The translations under genes were made by a program, and so were the position numbers. From assembly GCA_964016885.1 (NCBI GenBank), contig OZ024740.1, positions 321,594,001 through 321,658,000 on the forward strand: a stretch of 64,000 bases of DNA. The letters are read 5' to 3'. Positions 40,729 to 55,168 of the stretch are shown in pieces. A model generated the notes under the pieces. It was not told where the DNA came from, searched no databases, and saw only the letters and a program-made list of their open reading frames with translations. This stretch comes from Eledone cirrhosa. Its lineage: Eukaryota. Every line of letters begins with the position of its first letter. Within the stretch, counting starts at the first letter, position 1.

Positions 40729-40851
40729 TAAATCTACCAAAATATACGGTAGTGTTCAATCCGTATGAAGAACTCAATGTAATCCAAACATCATGAAAAG
40801 AGAAGATGCATTCAAAAATTTTCGATGAAAATCACAGGAAAATAGCGTCAA

Positions 40852-42687
40852 GATAAATTAATAAAAACAATGAATAAAAACAAAGAACAAGTTCCTTATA
40901 TTAAAAAATTCATCATTTTATGGTCGTTTCCAGGATATTATATGTGTGTTGGTATGTATATCATATAGATCTATGTAAAAATTTTACAAACTATCATAGG
41001 AAATATACATACCTTCACATATATATGCTGTCTTCAGAAATAATTGTTTCTACTTTCGGCACAAGGCCAGCAATTACCCAGTACATTACTGGTACTTTAT
41101 TTTATCGACCCCGTAAGGATGAAAGGCAAAGTTAACCTCGGCGGGATTTGAACTCAGAACATAAAGGGACGTAACTATGCTAGAAAGCATGGCGTCCGAC
41201 CCTCTACCGATACTGCCAATCCATCAGAATAATGATATTTGTTTATTGAAAAAAACCAACAAAGATTTAATATAATAGGTCTGTTTGGGAACAGGTTTTG
41301 AATTGACCAATAGAAAAGTAGTAAGAGGTCAAGTTGATAGAATAGTAGTAGTAGAAATTTAATTTAGGGGTAGAGGAATGCAGACTTAAGTTTTGAATGG
41401 AAAGAATACCTTGAATGAAAAGAATACTTTGGGGATGAAAAAAGGTCAAGCCGGTGAAGGATACACGAAAATTTGATGTTATTAAAGAATAATGTTAATG
41501 TTAAAACCGAAGGAGAATAACATTTTAGGGTAAAAGTGTTAGTTAGAAATACCAATCTTATTTAAAACACAAGGAATTTAGATCTATAACAAGAAATTAA
41601 ATTAATTGATAGGTATACTTATAGGGATAAATTTATATTAATTCATATGGATGTGATAAATAAGAATTAGATGTTATTAAAGAATGTTGTTAAAAACGAA
41701 GGAAAATAAAATTTGGGGATAAATGTAGTAGTGAGAAATACCAATCTTATATGGACTACAAGGAAACTAGATTCATAACAGGAAATTAAATTAATTTATA
41801 TCTATACTTTTAGGTGTTAATTTTAGGAAAAGAGAGTTTTAAGAGGGAAATAAAATTATAAAGTTCTCTGTAGTAAAGTACTAATTATAGGTTAACTAAA
41901 TTAAAAAAACTAATTATAATAATATGTAAAATATAAGTGTAAGGTGTATATTAATTAGGTTTATAATATTTGAAAGTTCTTCTAATTCTATGATTGCAAG
42001 ATATAATTAATTCTTGTCGCTTATTTAATAGGATATCCTTAGATTTTATTATTTCAAATAATGAACTTTTTGAAATAATTAAATCTAAGGATATCCTATT
42101 AAATAAGCGACAAGAATTAGTATACCTATCAATTAATTTAATTTCTTGTTATAGATCTAAATTCCTTGTGTTTTAATTAAGATTGGTATTTCTCACTAAT
42201 ACTTTTACCCTAAAAATTTTATTCTCCTTCGGTTTTAACATTAACATTATTCTTTAATAACATCACATTTTCATGTACTCTTCACCGGCTTGACCTTTTT
42301 TCAATCCCCAAAGTATCTTTTCATTCAAGGTATTCTTTCCATTCAAAATTTAAGTCTGCATTCCTCTACCCCTAAATTAAATTTCTACTACTACTATTCT
42401 ATCAACTTGACCTCTTACTACTTTTCTATTGGTCAATTCAAAACCTGTTCCCAAACAGACCTATTATATTAAATCTTTGTTGTTTTTTTTTCAATAAACA
42501 AATATCATTATTTCTGAAGACAGCATATATATGTGAAGGTATGTATATTTCCTCTGATAGTTTGTAAAATGTTTACTTAGATCTATATGATATACATAGC
42601 AACACACATATATATCCTAGGATCGTAAAATGATGAATTTTTTAATATAAGGAACTTGTTCTTTGTTTTTATTCATTGTTTTTATTA

Positions 42688-42692
<5 letters not shown>
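40852..42692 (-). mobile_element. 5'-truncated PLE (PLE-5) with ~570-bp inverted pLTR; SINE inserted in the left arm
   Basis: 40852-41620 (minus the SINE) mirrors 42118-42692. Minus strand 42060-41951 encodes FEIIKSKDILLNKRQELIISCNHRIRRTFKYYKPN*, the PLE C-terminal LLNK..E...C.H motif. HHR-like motif with ~100-nt stem II at 40915-41041 (-) and 42510-42631 (+). Confidence 0.85.
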
Positions 42693-42748
<56 letters not shown>

Positions 42749-42798
42749 AACCAGTAAGACCCCGACAGCTGAGCTCAAGCCGTTTCGACGGCTAATTC

Positions 42799-42841
<43 letters not shown>

Positions 42842-42877
42842 TGGTGCGTGTGTTTCTTATTGGCAACATGACCCTCC

Positions 42878-43145
<268 letters not shown>

Positions 43146-43432
43146 TGAAGGCGTGTGGCTGAGTGGTTAGAGAACTGGATTCGCAATCGTGAGCTTGTGA
43201 GTTCAATTCCTGGACCAGGCGATGCGTTATGTCCTTGAGCAAGACACTTTATTTCACGTTGCTCCTTCTACCTGGAGTTGCGACCGATAGATAGTATTAG
43301 CAATTGGAAAGACCACTGGAAACACTGTTTCCTCGGTCCGATTTGACGAAAGTCGATCGTTAGGAATATATATATATATATATCTCCACCACTCCCCTAC
43401 ACACCTTTTGAACTCTGTTCCCACACACTTCT

Positions 43433-43465
43433 CACCTGAGGAAGGGTTTATGCCCGAAACGTCGT
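43433..43465 (+). ncRNA. Minimal type I hammerhead ribozyme
   Basis: ac-CTGAGGA-aGGG(tttatg)CCC-GAAAC-GTC-gt; canonical core with GUC cleavage triplet. Confidence 0.7.
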
Positions 43466-43556
43466 CCCCCACCTACCCCCCACTCTCCTGAGCGTGAAAT
43501 TAATAAACATTTATTGTACTGCCTCTCTGTTTTGTCCCTGTTCAAATTTTTTCCAT

Positions 43557-43595
<39 letters not shown>

Positions 43596-43640
43596 CAAGT
43601 AAGAATATTTTCGAAACAGCGAGCGAGTTTGAAAATATAA

Positions 43641-43860
43641 ATATAAGCTATCGCCGTATTTTGACTAAAGAAATTAAAGAAATTATTTAGCCTGATAGTG
43701 GGGTTAAGAACCTTCGGAGAAATGGAAAAAGATGAGTATTGACATACGTCAATACTCATCTTTTTCCATTTCTCCGAGGGTTCTTAACCCCACTATCATT
43801 TCTCCGAGGCTAAATAAGTTCTTTAAATTCTTTAGTAAAAATACGGCGATAGCTTATAAT
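43641..43860. repeat. Fold-back palindrome, ~100-bp arms centred near 43745
   Basis: ..GGAGAAATGGAAAAAGATGAGTATTGAC(atac)GTCAATACTCATCTTTTTCCATTTCTCC.., extending outward to TAAGCTATCGCCGTATTTT / AAAATACGGCGATAGCTTA. Confidence 0.9.
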
Positions 43861-43913
43861 TATAATTTTATATATATATGTATATATATATATATATCAA
43901 CTAGAAATTGATT

Positions 43914-43953
<40 letters not shown>

Positions 43954-44213
43954 ATCGAGTTTATATTCATAGAAATCTGGGACTTGTCTCTTTCTTCTCA
44001 CTTTCTGTTGCTTAAACCATTTTGTTTGTTCACCCTAACGTTCTCTTTATTTACGTGTCCCAACGACTTTTTTTAGCCGTTGTTCGCACCAACCTGAGGT
44101 ATATGGCCCTTAAAGCGATGAAATGCCTAGGACGGTTGGAGGGTCACTGATGAAGGACTCACTTTTTTATATGTAACCCATTTGCAACGCCGCAGCTCCA
44201 TTATTATCATATT

Positions 44214-44280
<67 letters not shown>

Positions 44281-44285
<5 letters not shown>

Positions 44286-44780
44286 AAATAAACATATGAA
44301 ACAATCAAAGGGAATAATTTGTAAAGCGTGTAAGCACACACAGCTAGGTAGGTAACTTAGGTAATTTAATTTTGGATATATATATACGGCCCCTTAATTG
44401 TAGAACTAACTCAGTTGAAAGGACTCGGCTGCTATTTCTAGCTGTCGATAATTCTATTCACGCCACTGGGATGACGCTGGTACGATGTGTGTATTTAAAA
44501 AAAAATGCAACGCGTGCTTCGAGTCATTCACAGATTTGCATTTGCTGTGTAAACACAGATAGTTAAATCTTCTCCGAAATTTGACTACTGTGATTTACCG
44601 ATTGATGGTGAAATATATTTCTTTATTTAATGAAATATATACAAAAGAGATTAGTCATTTTAAAAGGTATCTATATTTGAAGTTATAGCTAAACTTTAAT
44701 TAGTTACCTACCTAGCTGTGTGTGCTTACACACTTTACAAATTATTCCCTGTGATTGTTTCATATGTTTATTTTATATAT
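44281..44780. repeat. ~78-bp terminal inverted repeats around a 340-bp spacer, within (TA)n (MITE-like or PLE-like fold-back)
   Basis: 44281-44358 is the reverse complement of 44702-44780. Confidence 0.85.
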
Positions 44781-44903
44781 ATATATGTCAATCAATTTCT
44801 AGTTGATATAAATGCTCGGATCTATTCATTGGAATATTTGAGCATATTCTACTGTGGATATGGCGCATGTCTCTCAGACATGACACCCTTAATTTAATTT
44901 TTG

Positions 44904-45018
<115 letters not shown>

Positions 45019-45204
45019 CAGGGACGGTGGAAGCATTTCTGAATTTGGGTGGGGAGATTTGATCAATTTAGTTGTAGTGATATTAGTTTAGCGCTTTTTA
45101 CTCTGAAATAGTCAGAAAATTTCATACATAAAATGTACATAAAGTGTGGTGCATATCCAAATAGATGTGTTTTGATAATTTTGGGGAAAACTACCAAAAC
45201 ACGC

Positions 45205-45665
45205 ACTACTACACGGAACTCTCTTCCAATACTCCTCTCTATATCAATTAACACCAACCGCCCCCTCTTTCTATATCTACTATACAACACTCTCTTCCAA
45301 TCCCCCTCTCTATATCAAGTAACATCAAATTCTCCTATCAATTACCACCAAACTCACACCCTCTCTATTTCTACTACACAAAACTCTCTTCCAATCCCCC
45401 CTCTCTATGTCAACTAACACCAAACTCTCCCTCTCTCTATATCTACTACACGGTACTCTCTTCCAATCCCTCTCTCTATATACATCAACATTAATATTTT
45501 CCTCGCTGTATATCTAATATACCACATACTCTTCCAACACCCCTCATTATATCAATCACCACAAAACTATCCCCCTCTCTATATCTACCATACAACACTC
45601 TCTCTCATTCGCTCTCACTCTATACATAACTAGCAAACTCTCCCCTTCTCTATTTCTATCAATAC
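45205..45665. repeat. Degenerate CT-rich tandem repeat
   Basis: Recurrent CTACTACAC..ACTCTCTTCCAATCCCCCTCTCTATATCAA..AACACCAA units. Confidence 0.7.
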
Positions 45666-45782
45666 CTATCTCATTCTATTCATTGTGTGTATGAACATTC
45701 AGTACTATAGTAGACAGCAACATTTTCTGTCCTTCGTGTTGTTCATCTCTTCCGAACGATGCTTTCCTAATTTGGAAGACAT

Positions 45783-45870
45783 TGCTAGCTGATGAATTCA
45801 CGGCGCCTTAATTTATTAATTATCTTAATTAATATCTATTTTTTGCCGGAACGAAACCACGGTTTTAGCA
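45783..45870 (+). ncRNA. Type I hammerhead ribozyme with extended stem II
   Basis: TGCTAG-CTGATGA-aTTCaCGGC...GCCGGAAc-GAAAC(cacg)GTT-TTAGCA. Confidence 0.7.
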
Positions 45871-46844
45871 CGAATTTATAGGTGAAATACTATTTTTATT
45901 TTTAAATGCATTTTTTGCTTCTAATGCTTACTTTTAAAATACTGTAAATTTTTACACCTAAATATAATTTTGAAAAATGAAATTCTACAAATTATAGATT
46001 TTAGCCTATATAGTATTTGAACTATTTAAGGTGTAATATGACTGAAATAATTTTAGTTTAGTCTATTCTTGAAATAGCAGGAAAAGAGTCTTAACCTTTC
46101 GGACACTAGTCCTTTATCAGAAGATAGAGTTAAAGATAAACGGTGAATAGCAAGATAAAGAGTAAGAAGAGGAAGGAACGCGGGGAAAATGAGGAAAAAT
46201 GAAGGGGGAAAATACGTGTGCGTATTCAGTCAGTCAGTTTGGAGATGTGCTGGTGTCTCTCACCCCATACTCACACTGAAGGTGGATATCTTTGATTTCT
46301 TACTCCATTCCACACTCCCACTGGACATTGAAACTTTAAAAACATTCCTGACATTGCCCACCAGCGGTGCCTAAAAAAAACAAAGAAAAAAAACTCCATA
46401 CTTAATAAAAAGAAAGACAATATATCCATTTAATAGCGTCCGGGATATGTCAGCCAAACTCGACAAAATGATACCCTAACGCCATCACATCTCTTAATTA
46501 CGCAGTAAATATTTTTCTCTGGACGCCATTCTGACTAAGTGAAGTCTGTCGGTAACTACTACACTTTTACATCTTAACTGTCAGCTGAAATATACTGAAG
46601 TTGTCTTATTAAACCACTTGGACCAAGTGGAGCCGAGGTGTATTTATTTTTGTGAATTAATAAATAGATCAATGAAGTCATCATGTCATACAGATACCAG
46701 GATAGTAATGAATGTCAGCTATACTGTCTGAGTGTTGACATCACAAACGTTGTTTATCAGTTTTTATTCCAGTAAAATAACCTAAGACTAACCGGTGCTT
46801 ACTTTAAGATGTTTACAACGATCGTACTTAAAGAATGAAGGGTG

Positions 46845-46932
<88 letters not shown>

Positions 46933-47061
46933 AAAGATCTATTTAAAGTTGTTGGGATACAACAAGTAAATATTTTTATAACTGATATAAAGCACTCGAC
47001 AAGTTTTTGTATTTTAATAGGGTACGTCAAAGCTATTTGTAAAACTGTTATATATTGTATT

Positions 47062-47116
47062 TTGTCTGATGAAGGCATACCATAATTTAATATGGTATCC
47101 CTGAAATATGTATAAT
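47062..47116 (+). ncRNA. Hammerhead-like motif
   Basis: CTGATGA-AGGcATACCATA(atttaa)TATGGTATcCCT-GAAA-tatg-TA; stem I is weak. Confidence 0.6.
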
Positions 47117-47161
47117 GAAATAAATATGGTTTTATAAATATAGTTTCCATTTATTAATATC

Positions 47162-47213
<52 letters not shown>

Positions 47214-47461
47214 GAACGGAAAATGATAAATAAAAATAAACCTAATGCTTTTAGAGGAATATATTTAGTAATTAACAATAGATTAGAGGAAATAAGAGTG
47301 ATGAACAACGCCTTTTTAAAGTACAATTAAGGTTCATAGTTATTTTGTTGGGAGACTGTAAATCTTCTTCGGAGTTTTTACTGAAACAATAAATATTGGA
47401 ATGGATAAAATGTACACACCCCTATCACCTACACGCACACACACACACACATATATATATA

Positions 47462-48769
47462 CAGGGTGGAGCATAAAAACTGTTACAAAATAAAATGCAA
47501 ATAGTTCTTGAAAAAAGCATTTATTTCAAGATCTGACTTCAACAAATAGTAAGTAATATACTATTAAACAACTGCACAAAAATTTATTCGAAATGCTTTC
47601 CTCTAGCTCTCACTACTGCTCGAAGTCTTCTAGGAAAGTCTTCGATGGCTGCACGAACAGTTTCCATGGGTATTTTCTCCCATAATTTATTCAGTTTTGA
47701 TTTTAGAGTTTCAATATTTTGGCTAGGAGTAGCGCAGGCTTCACTCTCAAGAATTGACCATAAAGAAAAATCGAGAGAGTTGAGATCTGGTGACGTGGGA
47801 GGCCACTCTTCCTTACTGATCCATGAAGGACAATGGTCTCCACACCACTGTTGTGTTACGCGAGCAGTGTGGCTCGTCGCTCCATCTTGTTGGAGAGTCC
47901 AAATATCATCGCCATAAACAGATGTGCACCATGGAATCAGTGCTCCTTCCAAAATATCCTTTATGTAAAGTTCTTCGTTAATTGTAACTCCTTGAGGCAC
48001 AAAAATCAGAGGAGACTTCCTTCTTTCAGAAATGGCTGCCCAAACCATCACTGATGCTTGTTTCTGTGTTCTGAACACTTTTCCTACACTTGAAGGAATT
48101 GATTTGAGACTTTTTGCAAGTACTCCATCATTTTGATGATTGTGCGACTGCTGCACAGTGAATAAATTCTCATCTGTAAACATGATGTTTTGCAGCGTGC
48201 CATCCTTGATACGGTTCAATAACAGTTTACTTCTGGAGAGCCTCTTTTCAATTGTGGCTGCAGAAAGAAGCTGCCTCTTTTGGAACTTATAGGGTGACAT
48301 CCCCAGATCATCTCGACATATCCTCCGCATAGTTCTCGGCGATGTTTCTGCTTCTTCTGCCATTTTTCTCATGAACCTTCTTGGATTACGCCTTATTTTT
48401 TCCCTCACACTTTTAACGAGTTTTGGTGTTCTTGAGGTGCGAGGGCGTCCGGATTGATTGAGCTCTGTCTTTGGTCGAGGAAGTTTCCTTAAATCGATCG
48501 ATTGTCCTTTTGATCAACATTCTATTGATCTTAAGAATTTTCCCTAGTTTAAATATCTTGGGTGGAGTCAGGCCTTTTTCATGCTTCTCTATTATGAACT
48601 TTCTTTTCAATTCTATGGACATTGCAAATTGTTAATGGCGTAATGTTCTGAGAAATAGTTAATATGGTTATAGTGCATGGATTTGATACAAATATATTAG
48701 TTATATTAGCAACATAATGTATTTTTAAATTGATTTAAAACTATGTAACAGGAATTATGCCCAACCCTG
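47462..48769 (-). mobile_element. Tc1/mariner-superfamily transposon, DD37D (maT) family
   Basis: 26-bp imperfect TIRs CAGGGT(G/T)G(A/G)GCATAA...CTGTTACA, TA target sites, 1.3 kb. Confidence 0.92.
47584..48622 (-). pseudogene. DD37D transposase, frameshifted near 48410-48460
   Basis: FTDE, VMVWAAIS, QQDGATSH, SPDLNSLDF; I count 37 residues between the second and third catalytic Asp. The N-terminal HTH region is in ORF 48413-48622. Confidence 0.9.
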
Positions 48770-48894
48770 TATATACATACAGATATGCATGCCTTTTTAC
48801 ATACATATATACATGCGTGTACTTACACATACGTATACATATAATAATACGGATATACATATATATGCACATGGACACACATATATGTATGTAA

Positions 48895-48989
<95 letters not shown>

Positions 48990-49151
48990 CGGAGAAAGCT
49001 ATTAGCGATACTCCGGCCAAATTCCAACTCACTCAACAAACAGGAAATATTTGAGTATATTCCTAATTAAACGTTCGGGGTGCTAACTATATTGTATTGT
49101 GTGGAAAATTGGCTGTATTATTTCATATGAGATATATCAAATATATCTCTT

Positions 49152-49255
49152 CCAAGACGACTCGTTTCATTATAAGATTTCTACAAGTTGGGTGAAATTA
49201 TACCAAATTATGTAGAAGCTTGTATAAGATCAACAGATACTTATTCTTCAGTGGG
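49152..49255 (-). ncRNA. Hammerhead-like motif with long stem II
   Basis: Reverse complement cca-CTGAAGA-(~78 nt including TTCTACA/TGTAGAA)-GAAAC-GAGTC-GTC-ttgg. Confidence 0.5.
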
Positions 49256-49363
49256 TGCCCAATAATATTAATATTGATAACCAAATCGATATTTAGCGAT
49301 ATTTAGCGATAATCACCATCAGTGCTTGAGGGAGCTGCTAGGTTGTTCGTCCAGCAGTTCTAA

Positions 49364-50105
49364 AGTAAGTAAAAAAATTTTTAAAGAAATTTTTTGAAAA
49401 AGATTTTCTTATTTTACGTCTTCTATATTATTGTTCTGCATCCTCCTGCATTGAACCACCTAGGTACTATGACATAACCTGTGTATTTGCTGGCATAGGC
49501 GTGCATCTGTGCGCTTATGTTAGTTGATATATTAAATTATCTATATTTATCTCCAAATCACTGATTTGTCGAGCAAACCTGCCAAAACCACTTCTAAAAA
49601 AATTTTTTTAGGGGTGTTAGTAGGCGTCAGTCATCTTACCATCCCATTCCTTCTGACTAGCCTCTGTGTCACGTGATTGATTCTTTAGAATCGGCCATTT
49701 GACTAGAAGCAGTGAGGATTTCAGTACATAGAATTCAGTCCTCGCCAGCTGTTCTATCTACCGAATTATTATTATTTTTATATGAGCCGCCAGTGTCCGC
49801 GCATTGCCTGGAGACTTAGCTGAGAATAGACTCCCTGATGACGCAATGAATTCTCGACAGTTAGATTACGTAACTGTCTTTATCCCATTGCAGAAACTAA
49901 TTAGTTGGAGTGAAAATTTAAGTAAGTAAGTAAAAAGTTTTTTAAAGAAATTTTTTGAAAAAGATTTTCTTATTTTACGTCTTTTATATTATTGTTCTGC
50001 ATCCTCCTGCATTGAACCACCTAGGTACTATGACATAACCTGTGTATTTGCTGGCATAGGCGTGCATCTGTGCGCTTATGTTAGTTGATATATTAAATTA
50101 TCTAT
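49364..50105 (+). mobile_element. Non-coding terminally redundant element (~185-bp direct repeats 49364-49546, 49925-50107) containing an HHR
   Basis: Near-identical direct repeats with ~560-bp period, HHR at 49830-49911, ends in (TA)n. Confidence 0.75.
49830..49911 (+). ncRNA. Type I hammerhead ribozyme with bipartite stem II
   Basis: ACTCC-CTGATGA-cGCAATG..GACAGTTA(gattacg)TAACTGTC..CATTGCa-GAAAC-TAATTA-GTT-GGAGT; palindromic AACTAATTAGTT. Confidence 0.85.
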
Positions 50106-50119
50106 ATATATATATATAT

Positions 50120-51095
<976 letters not shown>

Positions 51096-51427
51096 TATAT
51101 ATGTGTATTTGTGTGTGTGTATGTAAAAGGTAAACACAAATAACAACACAATCGGTACAGTATATGGAAGATATATATTACGTTAACGCTTGATATAGTA
51201 GGAAGAGGGTCTTAATGTTTCGGACGCTAGTCCTTCACCAGAAGAAAGAATGAGAAATAAGATAGATTGGGGGACGGGCGAGTTGGAATTGGAAACAATG
51301 TCTTTAGATAAAAATAACAGGTCCATTTATGCTGACATCTCTTGCAAAACTGTTGGTGCTGGCGTTTTTTGTATGATTTATTTTTTAGAAAAGTGGTGTA
51401 TGTACGTGTATATATGAACGTGTGTAT

Positions 51428-51790
51428 TCCCCACCCCTCAAATTGTTGGCCTTGTGCCTTTATCAGAAACCATTATTATACGTAAATCCCGTCGAGGTTA
51501 ACTTTGCCTTCCATCCCTACGGGGTCGATAAAATAAAGTACCAGTAATATACTGGGTAATTGCTGGCCTTGTGCCAAAAATAGAAACAATTAAAGGGCGG
51601 TGGATTGGCAGTATCGGTAGAGGGTCGGACGCCATGCTTTGCAGCAAAGAGTTACGACCCTTTATGGTCTGAGTTCAAATCCCGCCGAGGTTAACTTTGC
51701 CTTTCATCCTTACGGGGTCGATAAAATAAAGTACCAGTAATACACTGGGATAATTGCTGGCCTTGTGCCAAAAGTCGAAACAATTATTAT
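51428..51790 (+). mobile_element. SINE family A tandem copies
   Basis: One truncated and one full consensus copy. Confidence 0.9.
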
Positions 51791-51799
51791 ACGTGTAGT

Positions 51800-52360
51800 G
51801 AACTTAAGAAAGAATTTCAATTGTTTTCTTAATGGCAGAGTACAAGTCTGTAACTGTTGTTCAGCGAAAATGGTCAACTCAAGCACAGATCACCAGCCTC
51901 TTCACACAAAACAAAACGAGTTTGTTTTGTAAAATTCAAAAAAAGAGGATCAGTACATGACCTTGACAGGAGTGGAAGACCCAGTTTGGATGAAGACACG
52001 ATGAAGCAGATTAAAGAAACTTTCACCAAAGCTCTATCAACATGTCTCAACTATTCGTGAGAATTTAAAATACCATATTGGCATAAACAGTATCTGAATG
52101 AAAACTTCGGGAACCGATGGATAGGTAATAATGGCCCAATTCATTGGCACCAAGAACCCCAGATCTTACCCCATATTCTGGGGACTTATTAAGTCTATTG
52201 TGCAAGCTTCCTCTCCGAAAACTGTTGAAGAGCTGAAACAGGCTAGATCAACTGAATTCACCAAAATAACAAAAGAACATCTTGAAGCTGCATTCGACAA
52301 TTTCGTGAAGAGACTGATATATGTGTATCTATGGAAGGTGGTCATTTTGAACATTTTTCT
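51800..52360 (+). pseudogene. Decayed, internally deleted Tc1/mariner-type transposase remnant
   Basis: KFKKRGSVHDLDRSGRPS; LNENFGNRWIGNNGPIHW..PDLTP..FWGLIKSIV..PKTVEELK; EGGHFEH. Confidence 0.7.
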
Positions 52361-52711
52361 TAACACTGTTAAAAACTTTATATTATGTTATTTAAAAAAT
52401 AAAATGAGAATATATTGCTTGGTGTTTTTTTTTTTTGTTATGATTATTTTTTGATGAAAACTCTGGAGGGACTTTACACTTTATATACCTTGTATATAAA
52501 CACAAATAACATATTACTATAGTTGATTTTGTTATTTATTTTCCCTAATTACGGAGGTTGTAACCATTATATGTACCTAACAAAATTTGTGGCATCTATG
52601 TAATGAAGAGATGCAACTGGGAATTGAAAAAAATGTGGCTCAATTTCAGGTCTTCGGAAGCTTGCCTGCCGTATTATAACACTTGATATTATCATATATA
52701 CGCATTGTGTA

Positions 52712-52748
<37 letters not shown>

Positions 52749-52749
<1 letters not shown>

Positions 52750-53432
52750 TAGCCGAATTACCCGCGCCTTGCTGCGTTTCACACATTTCTTTTATAAGAA
52801 AATGATGATTGATTTTAAATCAGTGATATAATTTATAGAAAAACTCTGCATTCAATATTACTCAATGTAAAATGTAATGCATGAAACATTGGAAAACATT
52901 ATTTTTTGTAATATATCAAATCAAAATTACATTATTATATCTTATTCAAAATATCAATTGAAGACTTGATCATTTCATTTTTGTGTAAAGCATTATTTTC
53001 AAATTTGAAAATCAAAGTTTAATTATTTATTTTTTAACATAATAAATACATGAAAATATATTTCATACCTTGTCCTAATGAAGAACTTCAGGGTAAACAA
53101 CATTTCTTGTCTTTCTCTGATTGGCTAAAATGTAGAGATTTTTTGAAGTTCCAATCCTTGAAACAGCCACATAAACATGCCATGACTGAAACATGTGAAT
53201 AGGCATCATATCTTGTCATTTACCTATGGTTTAAATTTCATATAAATCGAAGGGAAAAAAATTTCAGCGGAGGTTTGTGTTCCCGGGGAACCCTTTGATT
53301 AAAATGAAATATACTTATCCAAGTACCCTGGGCAATGTAGTTTCAGAATATATATGGTTATGAGGATCTATCTCCAAAATCATAGGAGTAGTTTGTGAAC
53401 AAACAAACAAACAGACGGGAACTACAACTTTA
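52749..53432 (-). mobile_element. Non-autonomous Helitron with PIF1-helicase remnant
   Basis: The minus strand ends in a GC-rich segment plus CTAG|T. ~53195-53125 translates CFSHG/.YVAVSRIGTSKNLYILA (helicase motif VI). (TTTG)n lies near the 5' end. Confidence 0.7.
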
Positions 53433-53669
53433 TATATGTATATATATATATGTAAGTATGTATGGATACGTACATGCATATATGTATACAGACGTACAGT
53501 AGTATGCATATATATACATACATGCACACACACATATATATATGCACGTATCGGTTTACCGAACATTTATTATAATGCTCGGTTTGTTTGTTTGTAAACA
53601 AACAGCCCGAATTACGCCGTACAGTGTTTAGGAAACCACGTCACCTTTTTGTTCAATACTGACACAGGA

Positions 53670-53712
53670 ACGATGTACTAGTTTCAGGCTTATTAGCTAT
53701 CGTCAGCATCGT
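53670..53712 (-). ncRNA. Type I hammerhead ribozyme
   Basis: Reverse complement ACGATG-CTGACGA-taGCT(aata)AGCct-GAAAC-TA-GTA-CATCGT; perfect 6-bp stem I, palindromic ACTAGT. Confidence 0.8.
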
Positions 53713-54868
53713 ATACCTTCCTGCCAGATGGTTGAACGTCTGAAAGTATATACTTTCCTTATGCATATTAACGGCTGAGCAGCGTAATTTGCATATCGAG
53801 TGAGTTCAGTCGGCCGGGCACACCGAAAACGATAAATGGAATAGAATGAAACGAAATTTCATTTCTCACTCTTAGTACGGCACTTACTATATATATATAT
53901 ATATATATATATAAACCAAACGTTAGTTCACTCTAAAGTTGCATTTAACCTCAAAAGTACTCTCAAGAGAACTGATAATACTGATGGAGAAACTTTAGCC
54001 TTGCAAGTTCCACATTCTTCAGTAAGTGATGAAAGTGAAAAACCTGAAGGCAGACGGAAGATTTGTGAGGTTTTCCAGAAAGTTTTTGAAGCAGATGTGA
54101 GTGGAAGCAGCTGAAACTAATATTCTAGAAAATTAGAGCGGAATTAGCTTGCTACCAAACCATGTAATGTGATGTCTGATTATTATAAATACTAGCATGG
54201 TGGATTGGCAGTATCAGTAGAGGGTCGGACGCCATGCTTTGACGCATAGAGTTATGGCCCTTGCCATTCTGAGTTCAAATCCCGCCGAGGTTAACTTTGC
54301 CTTTCATCCTTACGGGGTCGATAAAATAAAGTACCAGTAATGCACTGGGTAATTGCTGGCCTTGTGCCAAAAGTAGAAACAATTATAAATACTAGCAGAA
54401 GAACCGCCCTTTGGGTGGTTTTCTGCTGTAGTGTGCATATTGGTATTATATGCAAATATATATGCATATAGATATGATATGTAAATTGAAAAGTAAATTG
54501 ACAATATCTTCTTCGCCGATGTTTGCTGTGAGCTGTAGAAGCTGGATTCTTATAGAATACCAATTATGTTTATGAGCTGTTTAAACTCATTAACATACAG
54601 AGCGGTTGCCGGCCAAGCAACAATTAGAAATTCGTGTTGGAGCTCTGAAATAGCGATGTATATAAACTCTGAAATAGCGATATATAACCTTGATAATCGC
54701 TAAACAGCGAGAAACGATCGTCAGTTATTTCCCTTTATTTTTGCTGAATCTAGATATATGACTATAATCGGTACCTTAAATTCATAGCGAAAGGCCTTCA
54801 AAATGTTTTAAAATAAACATACAGTATCTTATTAAATATACAATACGTGCAGTCATATGATATATATG

Positions 54869-54904
<36 letters not shown>

Positions 54905-55168
54905 TATGTATAGACAAACATAGAATATTCGAAAATATTCTGTATGTTTATAATAAATATTTATAATAAATGTTTATAATAAATGTTTATAATAAATATT
55001 TTCGAATATTCTATGTTTGTCTTCACATATATATCGCTATTTCAGAGCATTATATCCAAATTCTAATTTCTGCCGGACCGGCTACCGCTCTTTCAAACCA
55101 GTTCCTGTACACAGCTAAGTATTCTATAAGTCTCTAGCTGTGTCATTCTCGATAAAAGCACTGGATAT

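Noticed and set aside
43149-43220. Possible tRNA gene
   Set aside because: A/B boxes are present but run into a SINE body; no complete cloverleaf.
44090-44160. CTGAGGT..GAAA and CTGATGA hammerhead-like words (also 56390 and 56891)
   Set aside because: Stems do not close or the GAAA half-core is missing.
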